In this document: piece after piece, positions 1-12,998 of the stretch
Layout of the letters: each line of letters starts with the position of its first letter
Position numbering within the stretch: the first letter of the stretch is position 1
Assembly: GCA_964016885.1 (NCBI GenBank)
Contig: OZ024753.1
Location: 3,534,001-3,598,000 of the forward strand
Direction: 5' to 3'
Length of the DNA: 64,000 bases
Origin: Eledone cirrhosa
Taxonomy: Eukaryota
Translations under genes and position numbers: made by a program
The notes under the pieces: generated by a model
Told to the model about the DNA's origin: nothing
The model's input: the letters and a program-made list of their open reading frames with translations, nothing else
Databases searched by the model: none

Positions 1-141
1 ATATATATATATATATATATACGTTTATATATATATATATATATATATATATGTTTATATATATATATCTAAAATAAAATCTACTTTGCTTGAAGCACTC
101 TATAAAATGTATAATGTCTTTAGGCTTATATCACTTTCCAC

Positions 142-181
<40 letters not shown>

Positions 182-182
<1 letters not shown>

Positions 183-374
183 GTTATTCCGGGTTGAATC
201 GGAGGTAACCACAGTAAGTAAGGTACTCAATACATAGCAGAGTATAACAGTTTTAATATAGATGAGATTCTACAGGACTAGAACTGTTTCATTCATTAGA
301 AATCATCAGATTCCTGATGATTTCTAATGAATGAAACAGTTCTAGTCCTGTAGAATCTCATCTATATTAAAACT
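182..374. mobile_element. Short fold-back element in (TA)n (family A) carrying a hammerhead and the 3' bulged hairpin; Penelope-like/retrozyme remnant
   Basis: Flanked by (TA)n; about 60-bp inverted arms 249-309/314-374; hammerhead at 308-358; hairpin ACTC TGC tat GTA TT GAGT on the minus strand at 225-243; related pieces at 29207-29293, 44289-44374 and 57941-57992. Confidence 0.75.
308..358 (+). ncRNA. Type I hammerhead ribozyme
   Basis: AGATTC-CTGATGA-tTTCtaatGAAt-GAA-ACAG ttctagtc CTGT-A-GAATCT: helix I AGATTC/GAATCT, intact core, helix III ACAG/CTGT, GUA cleavage triplet after 352. Confidence 0.8.
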
Positions 375-655
375 ATATATATATATATGATTCATCTGAA
401 TCATTGAGCGCTTGCCACACACCTCGGAAGTTATTTTTCGTTAATTCCTAAGCCGAAATACGATTCTCGCTAATTTATATTTGTATATATACATATATAT
501 AAAGTAATCATATGAAACAATCACTTTAATTAGTTACCTACCTAGCTATGTGTGCTTACACACTTTACAAATTATTCACTGTGATTGTTTCATATGTTTA
601 TTTTATATATATATATGTCAATCTATTTCTAGTTGATATATATATATATATATAT

Positions 656-817
656 GTATGTAAAAGGTAAACAGAAATAACAACACAATCGGTACAGTAT
701 ATGGAAGGTATATATAGCAGGAATATATATAGCAGGAATATATATATATATATATATGTATTTTCTTGATATAGCAGGAATATATATATATATATGTATC
801 TTCTTGATATAGCAGGA

Positions 818-849
<32 letters not shown>

Positions 850-935
850 CTTCCTGCTATATCAAGCGTTAACCTAATATATACCTTCCATATACTGTAC
901 TGATTGTGTTGTTATTTCTGTTTACCTTTTACATA
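656..935. repeat. Inverted-repeat element fragments interleaved with (TA)n
   Basis: 656-716 is nearly the reverse complement of 877-935; a related copy lies at 56130-56212. Confidence 0.65.
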
Positions 936-944
936 CATACATAC

Positions 945-986
<42 letters not shown>

Positions 987-2072
987 TATATATTGTTATG
1001 ATTTTATTATTTTATAAATTTTCACCAATCTAATAGAAAGAAGATATTGTATGATATCTCAGGCAATATCATCTAGGTAAATACGTATGTATGTCGATAT
1101 GTGTTTGCGTTTGTGCAGGTATGACTATAAGTGTGGGCTGCATGTGTACTCGTCCACGTGTTTCTGTTTCTATTCTTGTGTATATGCAGATATTACTGAA
1201 TTTCTGAAATGTTCTAAATAATTTTAGTGTTCCATTAATGTGCTGTATCTGCAACTTCCTAACTAGCTGTGGTTTTCTTGGTTCTGTGACGTCCGGATTC
1301 TGAAGATAGGTACAGAAGCACTTAATAACATATGCAAAAAACCCCAATGATAACAGGTACAAATCTATAGGTATAATCAGATTGGAGTATATATGTGTGG
1401 ATCTATATATGCAAGCATGTACACACACAGGCACACATATACACCGATACACAAACAAACAAACATATACACGCATATATAAATATTCTGAGAAATTCAG
1501 ATACATTTTAACATTGGTATAAGAAGAAACATATATATATGGTTTTACGAGTTTCATATGCAGAGTTTCTAAAGTATCTACTTAGAGTTTTACTTATTTT
1601 TGTATTGTTTCTCCAACATAAAACTACAGGATTTGCTGTCATCCATGTTTCGGGTATCTGATATGTATTATTAAAAACGTATTCAAAAATATTTATATAA
1701 CAGAACACAGCAACATAAGTAAAAAGTTATAAATTTTGTCCACGTAGCATATTTACAGATAAGTTGAATTCATTTCGATGCTCTAGGCGTCTTTGCAGAT
1801 AAGAATATTTCGACCGTTTTGTTTGCCTTTTGTGTCCTGAACATTCTAATGTTAGAATGAATGATTTGTGACATTCCACCCACATGCTTTATATGTTCAG
1901 TTTTTTTTTATAACATTACTGTGATGGACTGATTTAGAAAATCAAATTTGATGTTGTGTGCAAGATCGGATTCTGTTTCTTTTAAACATATAAATATATA
2001 GAAAAAGTGTCAGGTGATATAATGTACTTATTGAAACTACGCTAGTCCTGCAGAAGTTATTCCCATACAAAA

Positions 2073-2124
<52 letters not shown>

Positions 2125-2415
2125 TTCTGTATGGGAATAACTTCTGCACAACAGAAACACAAACACTCCAACTTAATTTTACTTTTGATAATCATAAGAA
2201 CCGATAAAGTAAATATTCTTAAATGATTCCAGTTGCATTTTTCAATATCGTTTCCTTACACACACATACACACATACATATATATATATATATACATATA
2301 TATACATACAGGCATAGATTCATACATACACGCGCACACACACATACACATATATATATATATGTATATACATATATATATATATATATATACATAAACG
2401 CATAGATTCATACAT

Positions 2416-2456
<41 letters not shown>

Positions 2457-2458
<2 letters not shown>

Positions 2459-2646
2459 AACGAGTAGGACCCCGACGGCTGAGCGCAAGCCGTTTCGACG
2501 GCTAATTCTAGTCCATAATTAGCCGTCGAAACGGCTTGAGCTCAGCCGTCGGGGTCCTACTCGTTCCTATTACCCACTCTACTACCCTAAGTATTGAGTA
2601 CTTTGGTGCGTTATGGTCCACCTGGTTCCTTACCACATTTCCTTCG

Positions 2647-2649
<3 letters not shown>
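2457..2649 (+). mobile_element. Family B palindromic (TA)n-inserted element with a 3' half-hammerhead
   Basis: About 55-bp inverted arms (2454-2570) containing GAA-ACGGCT tgagctc AGCCGT-C-GGGGTCC, then hairpin ACTC TACT acccta AGTA TT GAGT and a conserved tail ending CCTTCGTTA; nine copies in the window. Confidence 0.85.
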
Positions 2650-2690
<41 letters not shown>

Positions 2691-4084
2691 TACAGGAAAA
2701 CCAACGCTGAGGAAGTAGAGCTTGTGGAATGGCATCGATAATATCACATTCCTTGATGTGTGAAATTCTTACACTGTCCAATTGTTTGTAACTTCTTAAT
2801 TAATTGTTGATTGGCCAAGTAAAAAACCACTTGCTTTTATTTTAATTCTCTTAAAGGGGCCATAACCCGAATATTGTAACCGTTCCCTTCGTCACTGTGT
2901 CTGCTGATTTCTCTATCTTGTTCAATATTTGCTGATGCCGTCCTTAACTAGTTTCCCAGGAATCCGGACATTGGATTATTTTAACGCTGAGAAATTCAAT
3001 AGCTAATATTAAAAGTTAGGAAAACAGAATGGGAGGGAGGGACAAGTGGTTTTATTTGGAAAATAGATTTGTAGAGTGAACATGAGAGAAAATAATGTTG
3101 CATAATTCAATGATATGGAGACAAAACATGTTTGCATGGAACGATAGGTAGATAGATTTAAAGAGATTCACATATTGCACAAAAATACAATAAGATAATG
3201 AGAAAGAAATGAATGCGGAAGAGTCTACGACAAAATCTATTAAAAAATAATAAAGAATAAACACGTTGACATATAATGACATAGAAGTGTTCCGAGAAAT
3301 GTAAGCAATTTCTGTCCAGCGAAATTGCTATCCGGTTACTAAGCAACAGGAAAAATGCAGATGTTCACGGCATGCAGTCACTTTAATCAAAGAGAAATTC
3401 AAACACTCATCTGAGCAATGATGTTAACACGACACTTCATGAAGAAAAGATGGGCTGTCTAAAACAATACATAGTTGAGAAACACACTGTGTGTAACTAT
3501 GTACGGCTCTATCTATGATTGTATGTATGTAATGGAGTATTTCCGCATAAGATTGTGAGTGTGTGTTTGTAAGTGAGTGTATCTTAGTGCGTGTGTATTT
3601 GTGAGTGTGTGTATGTTTGGGCGTGTGTGTTTGTGAGTGTTTGTAACTGAGTGTGTTTGTTAGTGAGTGTTTGTGAGTGTGTGTATATTTGGGCGTGTAT
3701 GTTTGTGAATGTTTGTGTGTGAGAGTGTGTTTCTGTGTGTGTGTTTGTGTGCGTATGTTGGTGTGTTTCTGTGTGTGCATTTGCGTGTATTTGTTTGTGC
3801 GTGTGTGTGTGTGTTCTCGAGGCGTGTGCTTGTGGATGTGCGTGTGTGTGTGCGTATTTGTGTTTGTCAGTCTGTTGTATATAAATGTGACTATTTGCAT
3901 CTATAGAATTCATTCTTACATAATGAGTGAGTACGGATTTGAATATTTTAGTAGATAAGAAAAGCTGGTTTTAATGTGCAGTACGTCAAATTTATATGTA
4001 GAATAATGTCTGTTGGTATTTGTTATTGTACCTCCAGCGGTTCTGAAAATGAGTGTTCAAGCTGCTGAAGCAATAGAACAGACT

Positions 4085-4347
4085 GTTCAAGACATTAACA
4101 TGCAATATAAGTGCCTGAGCATTCCAAAACTATGTCTACACTCAAGTAGTCCCCAGAGAGATTCATCGTGACATAGTGTGTGACAAAGCTGTCTTTTTAA
4201 AATTATAGGCACATTTCATTTTTTGTCATTTGAGAGGACTGGAGCAATGTCAAGAGTAAAGCATCTCTCTCAAGGAAACAGCACGCCACCATGAATCGAA
4301 CACTCGCCCATAAGCCCCGAGACCCTAAACGCTAAACTACGTGCCAC
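4085..4347 (-). mobile_element. Degenerate tRNA-derived SINE with a CORE-like segment
   Basis: Minus strand has decayed A/B boxes (GTTCGATTC) followed by TTTCCTTGAG...TTGCTCCAGTCCTCTCA, matching the copy at 31366. Confidence 0.5.
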
Positions 4348-5675
4348 ATATATACATTCATAGTACATGCGTCCATACACACATCATATATACATTCATA
4401 CTATGTACGTATACACCGACTATATGATAATAGTGAATGTGTGTATATAATGTCTGTATATTTATTCATTTATATATTTGTCCGTCACGCACTGAAAGGG
4501 AGATGACCGAGGAAGGAAGGAGGTGGCAACAAACTATAGAAAACTGTGACCAGTGTTCTAAGATTCATTACACAAATATTTAGTTGCTATTTTATTCAAC
4601 AAACTCGAAAGGATGAAAGACACAATTGACCTAGAGAGGGTTTCAACCCAGAGAGCAGACAGCCTGAAGAAATCCCACTATTCAACGGTCTAACGGCGCT
4701 GACAATTTACCGTATTCTAAAACGCACTAGATGCCCGGGAAATCTTCCTTGATGATTCAAAACAATCAAGCTCTACTGATTATAAATCTTTATAGATACT
4801 TTATCTACATTACACCCCTTTCTACTTTTGTAAGTACATTCATGCTCACACAGAGATGCATACACATAAACAAACGCATACATTTTCTCTCGCTCTCTCT
4901 CATTTTTCTTTAGAAGAAATACTGTGTTCAGATATATGGAGGAACGGATCCTGTAAGTTTTAAATTGTCAGGAGGGGAGGTATTGATTGAGTCTGTTGTT
5001 TGCAAGTGAGATTTGCGGAACACCCTGTAGATTCTCAGAATATAGAGATTATGGTTAAATCCAGAAGGCTATGGAATCATTATTCCGCTTATTTCAGCAG
5101 TAGATCTCAAGGAATGTGTCAGCTCAACGAGACAAGAGTGAGCAACATATACGAATAGTTAGCTGTTCTTTTATGTTGTATGTGTGAACTCTCAATATTG
5201 GTATAACTGTTAGTTTTCTAATTTTCATGTAGATTTAACACTTTTAGATAATATTTAACTGGAGTGGAGCTGGATTAATGGCTTTTAAAAGTCATACAAG
5301 AGTGGAGAGATCGATGCAGGAATGTCCCAGCAACTCGTAATTCAATAGCGAACCGTATTCAGAAATAAATGAGAGCAGTGAGGGAGTTATAGTGGAAGAC
5401 GAATTAATAAAATTTCTAGTAAGTAAATGAGAACAAGATGATGAGAGAAGAAAAGACGGATGAGTATGTCGATTGGGCCAGGTTTGAAAAGGTAGTTAGA
5501 GAGAGAGAGGGAAGGAAGAGAGGAATAGTTAGTTAGTTTGTTGAGAGGATAGTCAGTTCAGAGAAGCTGATGTCGCTGAGGTATTCGTACACGATTCTTT
5601 GTTTATGTGTGTACTGGTACATGTTGATATATGCTGTAAATGTAGTAAGTCATTATGTAAGTCTATGTGTATTAT

Positions 5676-5825
5676 AAGGCGTCGAATTGACAGTATCGTA
5701 AGATCGTCAGAAAGAACGTTTGTAGCGTTCCTTCCAATGCTCAGCGCTCTAAGTTCAAATCGAATCAATGTCAAATCTGCCTTTCAACCTTCGGAATCGA
5801 TAAATAACACACCAATAGAGTACTA
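5676..5825 (+). mobile_element. Degenerate tRNA-derived SINE (same family as 27031)
   Basis: AAGGCG start, CTAAGTTCAAATC B-box remnant, TGCCTTTCAACCTTCGGAATCGATAAATAA. Confidence 0.55.
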
Positions 5826-6199
5826 ACATCGGTTCTTCCACTGTTTGTATCAGTCTCTCTGACAATATGTATGTATGTATGTGTGTATGTTTGTATGTAT
5901 GTATGTATTTATGAATACATGTATGCTCATATGTATGTATGTCTCATTATCTCGCTAACTCTTCCTCTTAATCATCTCTGTCTCGATCTAATCATTCCTC
6001 CATTCTCTATTTTTCTAGGAGAAATATGCTGTGTTTCTACCACGGAGAAGGATTCGCTTTATGGAAGAATTCTGAGATTCTGAGATGTAGTCGTTATATT
6101 AATATTGCTTATCTTACCTAGCTGTACTCTTCTGATACCCTGGCAGTTACAACGTCTGAAAAGACTACGAGATTCCAATAATACAGCTCAGGATTTTTT

Positions 6200-7250
6200 T
6201 GTGAAACACTCCTGTAAGTGTGGCTCGTACAAGTATCTCCAGGATCAATTTCGTACGTTTTTTTGGAACGGATAAATCTCCCTCCAAAGCCAATATACAA
6301 AACTAGGTTAAGAGGTTTGAGACATATCGGACAGTGGAGAACCTGGAAACTATATCTGAGGAACGTCCTACCTAATCTGAATGACCTAAGAAGTGTACAC
6401 AGGAAGTTTTTGGCATGTTCCGAAAAGCTGTTGGAAAGCGTTCAGAATATAGTTGGGCAAGAGATGTCTTTCCTTGGATTTCTCTACAGAAACTTGTAGA
6501 AGGGTTGAGAAGACGATCTTAAGAAGTACCACTATAGAATACAGAATAAATAAAAGCCTACTGTAACTGATAAGACCAGGATGGCTGAGAAAATGCTGGA
6601 GAAGTTGGACAATAATGCAAGTTTTCTGTATCTGCTCTGGACCTCTGATGAACCTGCTTTGACTGAGGGGGAAAGATCTACTCTAAGAACAATGTATTGT
6701 GGAACCAAAGAAACACGCTGAATTATCTGTGGAACCCCTGCACTTGGCTAAACTTAGATTCTAAGCTGTCATTTCTGAGAGTGGTCCATTTTCTACGAAG
6801 AAAATGGTAACACTACTACAGTCACAATGGATTGCTATGTGGAAATCCTGGAAGGATTTAAAAACGAGCTATAAACCCTACAATTATCACTACTGAATAG
6901 ATTTGGGTTCCAGAAAAACGAAGCAAGTCCTCACCTCTCCAATGAGAGGATAAAATGGTTAAGAGATATCTTTGGAAATTGTGTGAACAGTTTGAAGACT
7001 GATTTTGAAGGAGTTTCACACAGCCCTGATTTAAGCCCCGTCTGAAGATTACTTTCTTTGGGGCTATCTGAAGAATAGGATACATATCAACAAATGTAGA
7101 ACCATCACCAAACCGAAGGAAAATATCAGAGCCACCACTAGATCTGTATGTAAAAACGTTATGCTAAACTACACCATGCGCCTCAAAAAAAAAAATATAT
7201 ATTTTAATGGATTCAAATGGGTTTCACTTGAATATACTGTAACTCCGAAC
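6200..7250 (+). pseudogene. Decayed Tc1/mariner-superfamily transposase
   Basis: Colinear motifs across frameshifts and stops: LWTSDE (6635-6652), SKNNVLW, YEENGNTTTVTMDCYVEILEGF, FQKNEASPH (QQDGAxxH position), SPDLSP (7022), DYFL/GYLKNRI (7048-7080). Boundaries approximate; TIRs not located. Confidence 0.8.
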
Positions 7251-7564
7251 TGAAACATCAAACGATAGTGAACCTTTGATATCTCGTTTTTGATGGTTTA
7301 ATCTATACATATACGGAATTATATCAGTTTTTGTAGAAAAATGAATAATGTAGACAAACATAAAACGGGAGCAGTTGTTTTAGTCTCCCAGTACAAAAAT
7401 TGAATCGACGAGTGATGAAAGAAAGCCAGACACATCAAGGGGGAGCAGATCTCTGTTTCTCTCTCTCTCTCTCTCTCTCTCTTTATATATGTATATATAT
7501 AGAATGGGTGTGTATGTGTATATGTATGTGTGTATATATATATGTGTATGTATGTATGTGTGCA

Positions 7565-7711
<147 letters not shown>

Positions 7712-7862
7712 ATGTATGTATGTATGATTTTATAAAAAGAGAGAGAAGGAGAAAGTGAGAGAGGGAGGAAATGATATGGTAGCTAGACTAAATATGTATA
7801 ATTATTGACAGGGAGTGAATGAGAGTTCAAGAGAGAACGAGAGACAGAAGGAGAGTGTATGA

Positions 7863-7982
<120 letters not shown>

Positions 7983-8499
7983 AGCAGAGACAGACAGAAA
8001 AATAAGGGTAGCAAGGGAGAATTAAATTATCAAAGAAAAGCGAAGTACAAATATTATTGAGGGAGAGGGGGTCGGGAATCATGTTTCATTGCTACTAAAT
8101 CAAGAACCACACAGAATATGCAACCCCACACCCACCACCACCACCACCACGACCACCACCACCACCCATTAAACACAACAACAACAAGAAAAAATAATAA
8201 CAAGAACATCTGAACGAACACTTGTGTCTGCTGCTCGATAATTTACCCAAGAATATAAATGATAATATTATGTAAAGCTTGGTCATTAGTGTGCAGCCAA
8301 AGGTAGACGAGCCTTTAACCTACAGTCTGCAGTGTTTTCAGAGATTGCTGAAAATTAAATTAAATGTCACTTATTGAATTGTAAACAATGTGCAGCTTGT
8401 AAAGAAACAGATCTCTGGTGCCACCGATCTTACAGGCAAACACATAGCCACATATACATTCAGACATATATATATGATGGATGCAATCATTTGTATTGA

Positions 8500-8636
8500 T
8501 ATATGTATATATATATATGTATATATATGTATATATATATGTATATATATATGTATGTATATATATGTATATATATATATATGTATATATATGTATATAT
8601 ATGTATATATATATATATGTATATATATGTATATAT

Positions 8637-8704
<68 letters not shown>

Positions 8705-8859
8705 GTATATATATATATGTATATATATATATGTATATATATGTATATATATGTATATATATGTATATATATATATATATGTGTATATATATGTATATAT
8801 ATATGTATATATATGTATATATATATGTTTTCAAATTTATTATTATTACTATGTATGTA

Positions 8860-8893
<34 letters not shown>

Positions 8894-9075
8894 TATATAT
8901 ATATGTATATATATGTGTATGTATATATATGTATATATGTATGTATATATGTATGTATATATGTGAATATATATATTTATGTATATTTGTGAATATATAT
9001 ATTTATGTATATATGTATATATGTGAATATATATATATTTATGTATATATGTATATATGTGAATATATATATATT

Positions 9076-9110
<35 letters not shown>
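8500..9110. repeat. Interrupted (TA)n/(TATG) microsatellite
   Basis: Direct reading of the sequence. Confidence 0.95.
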
Positions 9111-9112
<2 letters not shown>

Positions 9113-9715
9113 ACTCTTATACACGCACACACATACATGTACATATATATGTGTGTTATTACTCACGAGTATAATGGATGTAGATTATATATCATATTTA
9201 CATATGTAAAATTATACATTATATTTGCATATAATTTTGGCATATATTTACACACACTCACCCACGCACATGTATGTATGCGTGTGCGTGTAATATATTT
9301 ATGTATGAAATTTAATAGATATAACATTTTTTTAATATTTATTATTCATTATATATGTCATATATTTGTCGACCAAAACATTTCAGTCATACTGAATCTT
9401 ATATTATTTATTGGTCTATAAAAAAACATAATATTTACACACACATATACACACACGTACATATATACATATATACATACATACATACATACATACACAT
9501 TGGAGCGTTATTTCGTGACCATGAGATACCAGCTTCCAGCACAATTTGCCCCGATTCAAACCCGACTAACTATATTTTTACCATAGAATTGAAATTGACT
9601 AAATAGAAACCATTTGCAGACCTGCCAACCTCCAAAATCCCAAACGGGGATATTCATGAAAAAAGGGGCCCCAAAACAGGGAGAAATGGTGCAAAATGAG
9701 GAGATTTTACATATT

Positions 9716-10079
9716 TGTTTCTACTTTAGGCACAAGGCCAGCAATTATCCACTACATTACTGGTACTTTATTTTATCGACCTCGAAAGGATGAAAGGCAA
9801 AGTTAACCTCGGCGGTATTTGAACTCAGACCGTAAATGGCCGTAACTCTATGCTGCAAAGTATGGCGTCCGACCCATACTACCAATCCACCGCAAAATTT
9901 TAGATAAATAATTGTTTCTACATTTGGCACAAGGCCAGCAATTAACCAGTACATTACTGGTACTTTATTTTATCGACCCCGAAAGGATGAAAGGCAAAGT
10001 TAACCTCGGCGGGATTTGAACTCAGACCGTAAAGGGACGTAACTATGCTGGAAAACATGGTGTCCGACTCTCTACCGAT
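9716..10079 (-). mobile_element. Two tandem tRNA-derived SINE copies (9716-9893, 9912-10079)
   Basis: Reverse complement gives CTGAGTTCAAAT..CGCCGAGGTTAACTTTGCCTTTCATCCTTTCG..GTCGATAAAATAAAGTACCAG and the 3' end GCTGGCCTTGTGCC. Confidence 0.85.
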
Positions 10080-10265
10080 TTTACATAATGATATCTATAC
10101 CCATCTACCGACGTGTGGGTGGAAGATCTAGGTCTGCATGTGACTGGCCATGGGTTATTTTTGTTCAACTCCCACCTAGTAGTGTACATTTTCTTTAATA
10201 TTCATATAAAATATGTTCAAATAATCTCGTATTGGAGAAGCAGTGTTTAGGACGCACACATACGT

Positions 10266-10336
<71 letters not shown>

Positions 10337-10545
10337 CAAGCTCACACACACATGCATATATATATATATATATACATAATATGTATATTGTTTTAAGTTT
10401 TTTATTAATATTCTGTTTATTGTGATATGCTGTGCAGCGGGTATATTGTGTATTTATATGGGTATATATGAATATGTCTGAGGGGACTCATTCCTTTTGA
10501 ATTTTACTTCGTGTATCTTCTACTGTGTCTTATTGTACACTAATG

Positions 10546-10896
10546 CAGGGGTTCCCAGCCTTTTTTGAGTCATCGCCTTTTTTCACATAGAACAAAACAT
10601 TCCAATGCCCACATATATAGTAGATATTCAAAAGTATATAAAAAATATTTGGTAAACGTTGGTTACTGGTCCGTTAATTCCATTTACAATGTTGTTTTTC
10701 TTAATACAGGTTCTTTGCATATCTCCTTTGAATATTTTTCGGGCAGTTATGTCAAAATACATTCTTGATACACACAATCCTATACCTTCCAACAAAACTT
10801 CCAATCGTTCACCATTTTCTATTCAGCTGCTGATCCCCCACCCAACAGTTGAAATCGTCCATGTTTGAGGGATATCAACTATGTTGGGAAAGCCTG
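10546..10896. mobile_element. hAT-type (Charlie/Buster-like) MITE
   Basis: Imperfect TIRs CAGGGGTTCCCAGC / GTTGGGAAAGCCTG; 8-bp flanks CACTAATG / TTCTAATG (6 of 8 identical, central TA). Confidence 0.6.
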
Positions 10897-12690
10897 TTCT
10901 AATGCTTTGTTTTATCATCTGTATAATGTGGGTTTTGTTTTAATTTGTATTCTTACCATACATTATTATGATCGTGTATCGTTTTCTTGCCTATTGTCAA
11001 TAGTACATTATTACTGTGATACTTCTCAATATACTGCAGGTCTCTTATATGAGGCATGTCGTATCTGTCGTATACAATATGTTTTATGGGTCCTATCTGC
11101 GTCTCTCCTATGAGACTACATATTTGGGGAGCCATTCTCGGTATTTTAATGATAGACTTACCAAGTTATCATATATCCGGTGAAAGGAGTCGGCATTTAC
11201 ACTCAGAACATATAGAGTTTAAACACATGCCACAAAGCATCCCGACCATTCGCTCTAAAAATTCCAACAATTCATTTTTGCCTTGTCTGGTATTTCATCC
11301 ATCTACTCCTAAAGAAAGAAAGACAAATTTGCTATCAACAAGAACGAGTACACCAAATTTACGCAAACAGCCAAAATGTACCATGGTTATAGTATGAATC
11401 TATATTATTAATGTAATACTTCAATATACACTTCGTTGGGTCAGCATTCACTTTTCGTTTTGCGTATATTTGAGAGGCTGCAAGTAACACATAGGGTTTA
11501 TTTTTTGTCGGAAGTTAAACTTTTGAGAGGACACCATTTCCAATGCAAACATTGTATTCGTTTTGTACCGGAAACACATTACATTCATGCTACAACATTT
11601 ATCCTACATCCTGTCTCAGCGGATGCTTTTATTACTGCCTGATTGATTAATGGACATATTGTAACCTGTTTTATAATATCATTGGTTTCATTTTAAGTTA
11701 GATGATTCTTTTTTCTTTTGCCGCGTTGTAAAATTGTATAATATTTTATATTTAAACAATATATTTCTTGTTTGACAATCAAAATGTCACATATATAAAT
11801 AAAGGTATGCATTTACTATGGGGCCATATAGTTTCCTTTTTATTTCTTTGTCAATTTCACCCTTGGATTTTGTGATGTCAGCAACGGTTTCGAACTTATA
11901 CATTTTCTCCGACATTTATTACTGTATGCACGATGGAGTCTTACCTATCTTTTAATCAAACCAGAAACGCAAGTTCTTTTTTTTCTTGCTTTCCGTGAAA
12001 AAGAAGCGCTCCTTTAGTCAAACCGTTGGCAACAACCTTAACACTGATGACACAAAATGTTATGTTGTGGGATCGATAGAGATTCTCTAGGGGTAAGCTA
12101 ATATGGTTGCCACTCTTGTCAGTTATGTCTTTACACAGATCGTAGGTCCTGGACCAAACACATACAAAAATATTGGTACCTATCAACTGTAAAGGTGCCA
12201 GGTGCTCAAACAATCGGTTACAGGAGTTAATGGTTCAAAATGCTGCGCATGATTCGGATGGCTAGGACTAAACAGAACCGGGTTGGAGAAATTGCAATGA
12301 CGTTACAGGCAATGAAAGACATTTGGATAGTGTTGGAATGATGGCTGATATCGTTACTGACATACATTCCCCAACCATATTATATATATATATAGAAAGC
12401 AGTGCAATGCAAGTGGTTTAGATTATTAACTAATATTCAAAAGGAACTGAGAGAGAAAATAAAATAAAATAAAATAAACATGTGAGTAATTGAAAGTCAC
12501 TTTAGTATTGTATTAATCCCCAAACCTTTCGGATTTATCATCCACTATCAGAAGATACGTGCAGTGAGCTTTGGAGAAACACTGAGATTTGTCTTTACTC
12601 TTTGTGGTCGCTAATTAAGCAGCAGACTCCAAGATTCATACTTCGCAATGATTTAAGCGGCCACCAGTTTCCTGCAAGATATCACACCTT

Positions 12691-12725
<35 letters not shown>

Positions 12726-12727
<2 letters not shown>

Positions 12728-12998
12728 AAAGTTATATTTAAATTGTTGGGTTAACAACGAGTAAATATTTATAACTGATATAAAAGCACTCAACAAGTAT
12801 TTGGAGTATATTTATGATATTAAATAAATGGAAACTATATTTATAAAACCATATTTATTTCGTTATATATATTTCAGGGATATCATATTAATATGTATTT
12901 TGTCTGAAGATGGCATAACATATTGTTAAGATGATATCCGTGAAATATATATAACGAAATAGATATGGTTTTATAAATATAGTTTCCATTTATTTAAT

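Noticed and set aside
1069-1708. Minus-strand peptides PVVLCWRNN and YVIKCFC resembling a Penelope-like linker/GIY-YIG region
   Set aside because: No YIG motif; similarity is too weak without a search
6644-6652. CTGATGA match
   Set aside because: It is the S-D-E codons of the mariner-like transposase and has no hammerhead helices
9617-10137. Possible TIR pair CAGACCT / AGGTCTG
   Set aside because: The match is only about 9 bp and there is no target-site duplication
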